64,000 nucleotides of DNA. Origin: Eledone cirrhosa (Eukaryota). Position 1 is the stretch's first letter. Each line of letters opens with the position of its first letter. The DNA lies in NCBI GenBank assembly GCA_964016885.1, contig OZ024755.1, positions 33,914,001-33,978,000 of the forward strand, read 5' to 3'. This document shows positions 53,728 to 64,000 of the stretch, piece by piece. The notes below the pieces were generated by a model. The model was not told the DNA's origin. It did not search any database and saw only the letters and a program-made list of their open reading frames with translations. The translations under genes were made by a program, and so were the position numbers.

Positions 53728-53780
53728 TTGTGTGTATATATAAATATATACACACACACAAGAATAATTTTGATCTATAC

Positions 53781-53840
53781 ATAAAATATTGATCATATTG
53801 TCTGGCAATCTCTTGATGGCAGAGCAGTTGCAAAAAGTAT
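53781..53840 (-). CDS. candidate exon (YFLQLLCHQEIARQYDQYF)
   Basis: Acceptor TCTATCTTCTGACAG, weak donor GTATAG, 60 nt, phase 2 to 2, compatible with the 28311-28378 candidate. Confidence 0.3.
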
Positions 53841-53979
53841 CTGTCAGAAGATAGACATTATTCAACATTACCTAGACAAAGTGTATCCAAGACCATGCTT
53901 AGATATTTAGATACAAAGGCACAAGAAAAACAGAAAGGCAACTTACATTAAGATGGTGAATACTGATTCTTATATGGCA

Positions 53980-54608
53980 AACGGCGAAGCATAAACGAAT
54001 TGAGAGAGAGACTAAGCATAAGAGGTATCAAATGTTGTGTTCTAGAGAGGAGATTGCGTTGGTATGGCCATGTGATGTGTATGAAGGACAACAGCTGTAT
54101 AAAAAAGTGCAGAACAATGAAAATTGATGGAATCTGCGGAGTGGGTAGACTTAGAAAAACCTGGGACGAGGTGATAAAAACTGACCTTGCTCACCTACAC
54201 CTCTCTAAGACAATGTCACTGGATTGAGATCTTTGGTGCCATGCAGTTGTACAGAAGACCCACCTTCCCTTGCATACAAACCTACAGTCAGTAGGCACCT
54301 CTTAACCCAATATAAACCCCACCCCACACACACTACTCCATCCTCCCATTTCTGTCCACTGTGTCAGTGACACAACAACAAGCACCCAGTCCACACTGTA
54401 ACGTGGTTGTATAGGAGATATGGTAAAAAGGCTTCCAGTCCACACTGTAAAGGTGGTTGGTGTTAGGAAGGGTATCCAACCGTAGAAAACCTGCCAGAGA
54501 CACTTCCGTATGAGCGAGACATGGTCTCTTGACCAATCCCGCATCAAATGGAACAAAATCGTCATGGAAGATGGACATTAAAGGATGACAACGATGATGA
54601 TGATGATG
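53980..54608 (+). mobile_element. RTE LINE 3' fragment
   Basis: RRLRWYGHVM...GRLRKTW plus 3' UTR and (GAT)n. Confidence 0.9.
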
Positions 54609-55674
54609 GCAATTATAACCGTCTGATACAGATCATACCCGTCCATGTTTTCAACTCTCTGCTTGTGCCATCCAGAGAGGGGTTCTGGCTTTACTGCAGT
54701 TCATCGACAGCTGAGTGTGTGATCAAACCAACAGTGGAACCTTTGCGGTAGAAGTTGTTGGAGTCAAGCAGTGTAAATTTGGGAGTTTATCACAAAATTC
54801 AGTACACGAATATAGAGAATTTAGCAAAAGTTTTCACCTTGCATAAATCAATAAATTTTCTAAACTAATTATTATAGTGCAAATATAGATTTTGATTAGG
54901 ATCTACACTTGTTACATAGGGTTCCATTCTGTGTGGGGTCAACAGTGGATTTAAAAAGGTATAGCAGAAGAAATCACAATCTTGTTATACAGTTTTAACA
55001 TAAAAAGAATGCTGGGTAGCTATCAGAGCTCAGATATTATAAATCTTAACATTTACATTTGTAAGCTCTCAAAGGCATAAGAATAATAATTAAAAAAAAC
55101 CAATGTCCTTATGATCTCCTAGGGATCCTAGGAGACATTTAACATTGATTGCATGCTTCTCAAATTGGTAATGGTGGGGAACAAATTTGGGAGCTACATT
55201 TTGTTTTTTATTCTTTCTTCCCAGCTCACAACCTTGTTAATTTTCTCCTTATTTCTAATCCTTATAGTGATCTTTAAATTAAAACATGAAATGTCTTTTG
55301 CAGGCAATTATTTAAGTTAAAAAAAAAAATATGAAACAACAGAAAGAAAAGTGTATTTATAATTTTTTAAAAGAAACAATCAATATGTCTTAATTATATG
55401 ATTTGATAAAAATCTATAATGCCAAGAGAATATTTATTGACTAAAAATATTAGAAGTCTCAGAAAAAGTCAGTTCTTTGACCTCTCAAACTACTACTATA
55501 TCTCAAGAGATATTTCTTCACTACTTCCAAAATACTTGTCTTCTAATCCTGAGATTCATCTTATGGGGATAGCAAAGGTATTGATTGTGATTTATTGGTT
55601 AATAGAGATCAGAAAAGAAAGGATATGGTACAGGCATCAAATTTCTCTGTGTAGGTCTATCTACATGTTGCTGG

Positions 55675-55702
<28 letters not shown>

Positions 55703-55706
<4 letters not shown>

Positions 55707-55893
55707 GAAAAGGTTCAGGACCCCAATGGCAGAGTTCAAGCCGTTTCTGGACTGTCCAGAAATAGCCGTCGAAACGGCTTGAGCTCTGCCGTCGGGGTCC
55801 TGAACCTTTTCCTAGTACCCGCTCTACTACCCAAAGTATCAAGTACTCTGGTGTGTTATGGTCCACCTGGTTCCTTACCACACTTCCTTCGTT
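55703..55893. mobile_element. family 2 fold-back element in (TA)n
   Basis: Inverted arms taggaaaaggttcaggacccc / ggggtcctgaaccttttccta; GAAA-CGGC...GCCG-TC half hammerhead; tail homologous to 3836-3916. Confidence 0.75.
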
Positions 55894-55963
55894 ATATATA
55901 TATATATATATATCATATATATCATATCTATATACATACATATATATATATATATGTATGTAT

Positions 55964-56042
<79 letters not shown>

Positions 56043-56272
56043 ATCATATATATATATATATATATGTATGTATATCATATATATAATAAATGTCATCATC
56101 ATCATCATCATTTCATTTTACGTCCGCTTTTTCCCTGCTTGCAAGAATCTGAGTTTTTCAAATATTAATAATAATATTCGATTTGTTTGCAATTATGCAA
56201 ACAAGCCTCATTTTTAAAGCCATGTCAGTAGAATGAGCCCCTCATTCTTGCTCTTGTGTTGGCATGTAAACA

Positions 56273-56322
56273 GAACTGCAGACACTAATGTTTCTGGGCA
56301 TCACCCTTCATCAGTACAGTTC
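56273..56322 (-). ncRNA. type I hammerhead ribozyme motif with GUC cleavage site
   Basis: Minus strand: GAACTGTA-CTGATGA-A-GGG-TGATG-CCC-A-GAAA-CA-TTAG-TG-TC-TGCAGTTC. 8-bp stem I and canonical GUC triplet. Confidence 0.8.
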
Positions 56323-56397
56323 ACTGTTCACCTGCCAACTGTCAGAGCTAGTGAAAATATATTTTCTAAAATATACATTGACTGAATATACAGTGAC

Positions 56398-56522
56398 TTG
56401 TTTTATAAATATTGACATATCCAGGAATGAGACCTTAACGGTTCAAGTTTTACCTGGACTATCCAGGTAAAACTTTAACCATTAAGGTCTCATTCCTGGA
56501 TATGTCAATATTTATAAAACAA
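56398..56522. repeat. near-perfect 60-bp-arm palindrome (family 1 fold-back centre)
   Basis: ttgttttataaatattgacatatccaggaatgagacc...tacctgga / tccaggta...ggtctcattcctggatatgtcaatatttataaaacaa. Confidence 0.9.
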
Positions 56523-56528
56523 ACTTTG

Positions 56529-56589
56529 TATTTTATCTGATGAGAGCGTATCAAAGTTTTGGTACTCTTGAAATATATATAATAGAATA
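56529..56589 (+). ncRNA. type I hammerhead ribozyme motif (family 1)
   Basis: TATTTTAT-CTGATGA-GAGCGTATCAAA/TTTGGTACTC-GAAA-T-ATAT-A-TA-ATAGAATA. Confidence 0.75.
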
Positions 56590-56680
56590 AATATGGTTTT
56601 ATAAATATAGTTTCCATTTATTAATATCATTGATATATATTTATATATATATATGATGATGATGATGATGATGATATATA

Positions 56681-56845
56681 TAGTTATGTAATAAACAACA
56701 TAAGATAATTAATTCATTTACCAGTGGTTCCTTGAAGACAGCTATTTACATCTGTCTTTCTGACAACTGAAGGCAGATATAAATATGTCTTGAAGAAACC
56801 ACTGGTAAATGAATTAATTATCTTATGTTGTTTATTACATAACTA
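56681..56845. repeat. fold-back with ~75 bp arms next to (TA)n, with a tail to ~56905
   Basis: tagttatgtaataaacaacataagataattaattcatttaccagtggtt / aaccactggtaaatgaattaattatcttatgttgtttattacataacta. Confidence 0.88.
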
Positions 56846-56909
56846 AAAAGCTCTGTAGCCTACATAGAGCACTCTCTTTTCCTTTACTTTCCTACGGAAA
56901 TACTTCATC

Positions 56910-57100
56910 GGGTCCCTATCATTCCACTGTAAAGTGGTCGTGGAGGTGCCCCAGAAAAAAAACACCCAGCACTCACTGTAAATGAGGTTGGTGTTATGAA
57001 GGGCATCCAGCTGTAGAAATCAAGCCAGAATCAGTTCCCGTCCCACCCTTGCAAGCAGGGAAAAAGCGGACGTAAAATGAAATGATGATGATGATGATGA
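56910..57100 (+). mobile_element. SINE family B 3' half
   Basis: Matches 10845-11026. Confidence 0.88.
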
Positions 57101-57110
57101 TATATATATA

Positions 57111-57292
57111 TCTACTATATAAATTGGAAGTGGTCGGACGTTGTATATGTAGGTGTAGTCGGATAAACGTCGAAACGGCTTGGTGGAATGCAGCGAAAAT
57201 TTACACAGTTATGCAGAATTGAAAGCATAACAAGGACGATTGATTACTCCTTCATTGCATTTATTGGTAGGTGACGCGCGTTTCGCCCCCTG
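57111..57292 (+). mobile_element. probable non-autonomous Helitron 5' end
   Basis: A|TCTACTATATAAA...TGTATATGT...AAACGGCTTGGTGGAATGCAGCGAAAATTTACACAG resembles animal Helitron 5' termini (TC start, AAACGGCT...AAATTT module); judged from pattern recall only. Confidence 0.55.
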
Positions 57293-57349
57293 GATATATA
57301 TATTACACTCTGCCTAGATCTACATCTCGACACTGAAGTGACCCTAAAC

Positions 57350-59636
57350 AGTTAGTGTGTAGCTTGTGTGTATGTTTTCTTGTATATACACCTAGTACTG
57401 TTAGTGTGTAGCTTGTGTGTATGTTTTCTTGTGTATACACCTAGTACTGTTAGTATGTAGCTTGTGTGGATATTTTCTTGTGTATACACCTAGTACTGTT
57501 AGTATGTAGCTTGTCTGTATGTTTTCTTGTGTATACACCTAGTACTGTTAGTATGTAGCTTGTGTGTATGTTTTCTTGTGTATACACCTAGTACTGTTAG
57601 TATGTAGCTTGTGTGTATGTTTTCTTGTGTATACACCTAGTACTGTTAGTGTGTAGCTTGTGTGTATGTTTTCTTGTGTATACACCTAGTACTGTTAGTG
57701 TGTAGCTTGTGTGTATGTTTTCTTGTGTATACACCTAGTACTGTTAGTATGTAGCTTGTGTGTATGTTTTCTTGTGTATACACCTAGTACTGTTAGTATG
57801 TAGCTTGTGTGTATGTTTTCTTGTGTATACACCTAGTACTGTTAGTATGTAGCTTGTGTGTATGTTTTCTTGTGTATACACCTAGTACTGTTAGTGTGTA
57901 GCTTGTGTGTATGTTTTCTTGTGTATACACCTAGTACTGTTAGTGTGTAGCTTGTGTGTATGTTTTCTTGTGTATACACCTAGTACTGTTAGTATGTAGC
58001 TTGTGTGTATGTTTTCTTGTGTATACACCTAGTACTGTTAGTGTGTAGCTTGTGTGGATATTTTCTTGTGTATACACCTAGTACTGTTAGTGTGTAGCTT
58101 GTGTGTATGTTTTCTTGTGTATACACCTAGTACTGTTAGTATGTAGCTTGTGTGTATGTTTTCTTGTGTATACACCTAGTACTGTTAGTGTGTAGCTTGT
58201 GTGGATATTTTCTTGTGTATACACCTAGTACTGTTAGTGTGTAGCTTGTGTGTATGTTTTCTTGTGTATACACCTAGTACTGTTAGTATGTAGCTTGTGT
58301 GTATGTTTTCTTGTGTATACACCTAGTACTGTTAGTGTGTAGCTTGTGTGGATATTTTCTTGTGTATACACCTAGTACTGTTAGTGTGTAGCTTGTGTGT
58401 ATGTTTTCTTGTGTATACACCTAGTACTGTTAGTATGTAGCTTGTGTGTATGTTTTCTTGTGTATACACCTAGTACTGTTAGTGTGTAGCTTGTGTGGAT
58501 ATTTTCTTGTGTATACACCTAGTACTGTTAGTGTGTAGCTTGTGTGTATGTTTTCTTGTGTATACACCTAGTACTGTTAGTATGTAGCTTGTGTGTATGT
58601 TTTCTTGTGTATACACCTAGTACTGTTAGTATGTAGCTTGTGTGGATATTTTCTTGTGTATACACCTAGTACTGTTAGTATGTAGCTTGTGTGGATATTT
58701 TCTTGTGTATACACCTAGTACTGTTAGTGTATAGCTTGTGTGTATGTTTTCTTGTGTATACACCTAGTACTGTTAGTGTGTAGCTTGTCTGTATGTTTTC
58801 TTGTGTATACACCTAGTACTGTTAGTGTGTAGCTTGTCTGTATGTTTTCTTGTGTATACACCTAGTACTGTTAGTGTGTAGCTTGTCTGTATGTTTTCTT
58901 GTGTATACACCTACTACTGTTAGTGTGTAGCTTGTGTGTATGTTTTCTTGTGTATACACCTAGTACTGTTAGTATGTAGCTTGTGTGGATATTTTCTTGT
59001 GTATACACCTAGTACTGTTAGTATGTAGCTTGTGTGGATATTTTCTTGTGTATACACCTAGTACTGTTAGTGTGTAGCTTGTGTGGATATTTTCTTGTGT
59101 ATACACCTAGTACTGTTAGTATGTAGCTTGTGTGTATGTTTTCTTGTGTATACACCTAGTACTGTTAGTATGTAGCTTGTGTGTATGTTTTCTTGTGTAT
59201 ACACCTAGTACTGTTAGTATGTAGCTTGTGTGTATGTTTTCTTGTGTATACACCTAGTACTGTTAGTGTGTAGCTTGTGTGGATATTTTCTTGTGTATAC
59301 ACCTAGTACTGTTAGTATGTAGCTTGTGTGGATATTTTCTTGTGTATACACCTAGTACTGTTAGTATGTAGCTTGTGTGGATATTTTCTTGTGTATACAC
59401 CTAGTACTGTTAGTGTGTAGCTTGTGTGTATGTTTTCTTGTGTATACACCTAGTACTGTTAGTGTGTAGCTTGTCTGTATGTTTTCTTGTGTATACACCA
59501 AGTACTGTTAGTGTGTAGCTTGTCTGTATGTTTTCTTGTGTATACACCTAGTACTGTTAGTGTGTAGCTTGTGTGTATGTTTTCTTGTGTATACACCTAG
59601 TACTGTTAGTGTGTAGCTTGTGTGGATATTTTCTTG
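57350..59636. repeat. 49-bp tandem satellite (~46 copies)
   Basis: GTACTGTTAGTRTGTAGCTTGTGTGTATGTTTTCTTGTGTATACACCTA, highly homogeneous. Confidence 0.97.
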
Positions 59637-59784
59637 TTTAGCTCCAGGTCAGTCTTGATTAAAGGCAAAAGACATATAATCAAAGGCATTCCAGCTGCGA
59701 CCATTTTATCTTTTCATCTTTTTTCAAGCATAGCATATCTAGGACTACACTGTCTAATGTGATACTCCGTCCTTAAAATTTGTA

Positions 59785-61545
59785 TGTTGTTTCTCGCTAA
59801 TGTGCATCTGTTCTGCATGTGTGTATTGACATTCTTTCTCGCAAATGTGCACCTATTCAGTTCTCCAAGTGTGTGCCACTGTAGTTCTGCACATGTGCAT
59901 CAGATGTTGCTTCTTGCAAATGTGCATCTATTCAGCTCTCGAAGAGTGTGTGGCACTGCAGTTCTGCATGTGTGCATTTGATGTTCTTTCTCATAAATGT
60001 GCATCTATTCAGCTCTCGAAGAGTGTGTGCCACTAGTTCTGCACGTGTGCATCAGATGATGCTTCTCCCAAATGTACATCTATTCAGCTCTTGAAGAGTG
60101 CGTGCCACTGCAGTTGTACATGTGTGCAATTGATGTTGCTTCTCGCAAATGTGCATCTATTCAGCTCTTGAAGAGTGTGTGCCGCTGCAGTTCTGCATGT
60201 GTGCATTTGATGTTCTTTCTCACAAATGTGCATCTATTCAGCTCTCGAAGAGTGTGTGCCACTGTAGTTGTGCATGTGTGCATCAGATGTTGCTTCTCAC
60301 AAATGTGCATCTATTCAGCTCTCCATGTGTGTACTTGTGTAAGTCTGCATGTGTGCATCAGATGTTGCTTCTCGCAAATGTGTATCTATTCAGCTCTCGA
60401 AGAGTGTGTGCCACTGTAGTTGTGCATGTGTGCATCAGATGTTGCTTCTCACAAATGTGCATCTATTCAGCTCTCCAACTGCATGCTTCTGTAGTTCTGC
60501 ATCAGATGTTGCTTCTCACAAATGTGCATCTAGTCAGCTCTCCAACTGCATGCTTCTGTAGTTCTGCATGTGTGTGCATCAGATGTTGCTTCTCACAAAT
60601 GTGCATCTACACAGCTCTCCAACTGCATGCTTCTGTAGTTCTGCATGTGTGTGCATCAGATGTTGCTTCTCGCAAATGTGCATCTACTCAGCGCTCCAAC
60701 TGCATGCTTCTGTAGTTCTGCATGTGTGTGCATCAGATGTTGCTTCTCGCAAACGAGTGTCTATTCTGTTCTTCAACTGCATGCTTCTGTAGTTCTGCAT
60801 GTGTGTGCATCAGATGTTGCTTCTCACAAATGTACATCTACTCAGCTCTCCAACTGCATGCTTCTGTAGTTCTGCATGTGTGTGCATCAGATGTTGCTTC
60901 TCACAAATGCGCATCTACTCAGCTCTCCAACTGCATGCTTCTGTAGTTCTGCATGTGTGTGCATCAGATGTTGCTTCTCACAAATGCGCATCTACTCAGC
61001 TCTCCAACTGCATGCTTCTGTAGTTCTGCATGTGTGTGCATCAGATGTTGCTTCTCGCAAACGAGTGTCTATTCTGTTCTTCAACTGCATGCTTCTGTAG
61101 TTCTGCATGTGTGTGCATCAGATGTTGCTTCTCACAAATGTGCATCTACTCAGCTCTCCAACTGCATGCTTCTGTAGTTCTGCATGTGTGTGCATCAGAT
61201 GTTGCTTCTCACAAATGCGCATCTACTCAGCTCTCCAACTGCATGCTTCTGTAGTTCTGCATGTGTGTGCATCAGATGTTGCTTCTCACAAATGCGCATC
61301 TACTCAGCTCTCCAACTGCATGCTTCTGTAGTTCTGCATGTGTGTGCATCAGATGTTGCTTCTCGCAAACGAGTGTCTATTCTGTTCTTCAACTGCATGC
61401 TTCTGTAGTTCTGCATGTGTGTGCATCAGATGTTGCTTCTCACAAATGCGCATCTACTCAGCTCTCCAACTGCATGCTTCTGTAGTTCTGCATGTGTGTG
61501 CATCAGATGTTGCTTCTCGCAAACGAGTGTCTATTCTGTTCTTCA
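59785..61545. repeat. 77-bp tandem satellite (diverged ~79-bp units on the 5' side)
   Basis: ORF starts recur every 77 bp; unit CATCAGATGTTGCTTCTCACAAATGTGCATCTACTCAGCTCTCCAACTGCATGCTTCTGTAGTTCTGCATGTGTGTG. Confidence 0.97.
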
Positions 61546-61634
61546 CGTGTTTGCCTGCGTAGTTCCACATATGTGTATTGTTGTTGTTTAATTTTGAGTC
61601 AGCACTGATCAAGCTTAACTCCATTACAAAACAA

Positions 61635-62018
61635 GGGCGGTGTATTGGCAGTATCGGTAGAGGGTCGGACACCATGCTTTGACGCATAGAGTTACGGCCC
61701 TTGCCATTCTGAGTTCAAATCCCGCCGAGGTTAACTTTGCCTTTCATCCTTACGGGGTCAATAAAATAAAGTACCAGTAATACACTGCAAAATTGCTGGC
61801 CTTGTGCCAAAAAGTAGAAACAATTATATTAGTGGATTGGCAGTATCGGTAGAGGGTCGGACGCCATGCTTTGACGCATAGAGTTACGGCCCTTTATGGT
61901 CTGCGTTCAAATCCCGCCGAGGTTAACTTTGCCTTTGATCCTTTCGGGGTCGATAAAATAAAGTACCAGTAATACACTGGGGTAATTGCTGGCCTTGTGC
62001 CAAAAGTAGAAACAATTA
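61635..62018 (+). mobile_element. tandem dimer of family A SINEs with a shared target-site duplication
   Basis: Copies at 61635-61827 and 61832-62018; AAAACAAGG on both flanks. Confidence 0.88.
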
Positions 62019-62281
62019 TAAAACAAGGAGTGGAAATATTGAAGGAGGAGTCATTGTGAAGATGTTCAGTAAACCTTGTTAATTGGTAAGTTTGCTCTTC
62101 AGGAGGAATAGTGACAGTCTATGTTGTCATACGGTAGTAAAGTGATGTAACGGTCAGTGGAGAGAAAGAAAGAAAGTGAATAGGTTAAAAGGTAGGGACA
62201 AGAAATAAGTAAGAAGGTGGTTGCAGTAGATGAGATGGAGAGTATGTGGTGGGGGCTGTAACAAAAGGGAAACTGAGACAT

Positions 62282-63570
62282 GTACACACACATATATACA
62301 CATACGGACGCATACTCACACACACACACACACACATATACCCATATGCACACATTCACACACATACACATAAACATATACACATACGGACGCATACTCA
62401 CATACACACACACATATACCCATATGCACACATGCACATAAACATATACACATACGGACGCATACTCACACACACACACACACACACATATATACCCATA
62501 TGCACACATGCACATAAACATATACACATACGGACGCATAGTCACATACATACACACATACGGACGCATACTCACACACATACACGCACACATATACCCA
62601 TATGCACACATTCACACACATACACATAAACATATACACATACGGACGCATACTCATACACACACAGACGCATACTCACATACACACACACATACGGATG
62701 CATACTCACATACATACACACACACATACACCCATATGGAGGCATACTCACATACATACACACACATATACACATACGGACGCATACTCACATACACACG
62801 CACACATAGATACACACATACATACACACACGGATGCATACTCACATACATACACACACACAAACATACGGACACATTCTCGCACACACACACATACATA
62901 TACGGACGCATACTCACATACACACACACAAATATACACATACGGATGCATACTCACATACACACACACACATACACACATATGGACGCATACTCACATA
63001 CACACAAACATATACACATACGGACACGTAATCACACACACACACACATACAGACACATAGTCACATACATACACACACACATATACATCCATGCACACA
63101 CACACACACACACACCCAGACAGACACATGCATACACATACACACATATGTACACACACACGCATCCACACATAAACACACACATACACATGCACATACG
63201 TGCACACACTCACATATACACACGAACAAACACATTCACTCATGCACACACACTCATGCACATGTACACACACTCATGCACACACACACACACACACTCA
63301 TGCATACACACACACACACTCATGCATACATACACACACACGCACTCATGCATACATACACACACACACATTCATGCACACGTACACACACTCATGCACA
63401 CGTACACACAAATACACACTCTTATGCACACATACATACACATGTGAAAGGTGGCATAAATCATGCACACACACACGCACGCATACAGACACACTCATGC
63501 ATATGTACACACACACATGCACATGTACACATATACACACACACACATGCACACGTACATACACATGTGA
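62282..63570. repeat. degenerate (CA)n field with a recurring CATACGGACGCATACTCA motif
   Basis: Directly visible. Confidence 0.92.
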
Positions 63571-63785
63571 GAGGCGGCATAAGACGTGCTGGTGCTACAA
63601 TTAAATGCATGAAATACACTCTAGAAAATGGATGCTATCCTCTTAAAACTCTAACATTTGTAGGACATGAAGCTCAGCTCATTTAGTTGGGACGGAGCTT
63701 TAATTAAGCCTTCAGCATTTACATTACTCTATATTTACTATTGTATTTTCACCTCACATAATATTTACATTACCCTTGGGTAATG

Positions 63786-63991
63786 TAAATATTTACATTA
63801 CCAAGGGCGGTGGATTGGCAGTATCGGTAGAGGGTCGGACGCCATGCTTTGCAGCATAGTTACGTCCCTTTACGGACTGAGTTCAAATCCCGCCGAGGTT
63901 AACTTTGCCTTTCATCCTTACAGGGTCGATAAAATAAAGTACCAGTAATGCACTGGGTAATTGCTGGCCTTGTGCCTAAAGTAGAAACAAT
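63786..63991 (+). mobile_element. SINE family A (body from ~63803) inserted in a piggyBac-like MITE end (63703-63800)
   Basis: Full SINE with AATATTTAC on both sides; upstream CCTTCAGCATTTACATTACTCTATATTTACTATT matches the MITE end. Confidence 0.85.
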
Positions 63992-64000
63992 AATATTTAC

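Noticed and set aside
54639-54742. Minus-strand exon with an in-frame TGA in a C-R-TGA context (selenoprotein idea)
   Set aside because: No recognisable selenoprotein family similarity, no SECIS identified and a weak acceptor; a 5' UTR or chance is more likely.
57350-61545. Regularly spaced repeats as a CRISPR-like array
   Set aside because: Units are contiguous tandem copies without unique spacers, there are no cas-like ORFs, and the context is eukaryotic.
6595-63686. Many long YI/VC/HT-rich ORFs (e.g. 11816-12829, 17063-18872, 62508-63686)
   Set aside because: They are translations of (TA)n/(CA)n micro- and minisatellites that lack stop codons.

Overview
AT-rich, repeat-saturated animal genomic DNA. 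The SINE families, RTE/CR1 LINE debris and very long (TA)n tracts point to a coleoid cephalopod, most likely Octopus (an inference, not a database match). No intact protein-coding gene is visible, and nearly all long ORFs are microsatellite or minisatellite artefacts or transposon fragments. The window holds two abundant tRNA-derived SINE families, RTE/CR1/Tx1-like LINE remnants, Tc1/mariner and TTAA (piggyBac-like) non-autonomous elements, a probable Helitron 5' end and several tandem arrays (15, 16, ~22, 48, 49, 77 and 99 bp units). A phase-compatible chain of short minus-strand exon candidates suggests most of the window may be intronic. The most notable signal is about 12 type I hammerhead ribozyme motifs (CUGAnGA...GAAA...NUH), plus degenerate ones. 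Most lie in short fold-back elements next to (TA)n tracts that share one asymmetric design: two arms diverge from a centre and only one carries a ~80-100 nt tail with a conserved GAGTRCT motif. This matches inverted pseudo-LTRs of Penelope-like elements or retrozymes. Repeat boundaries are read by eye and are approximate.
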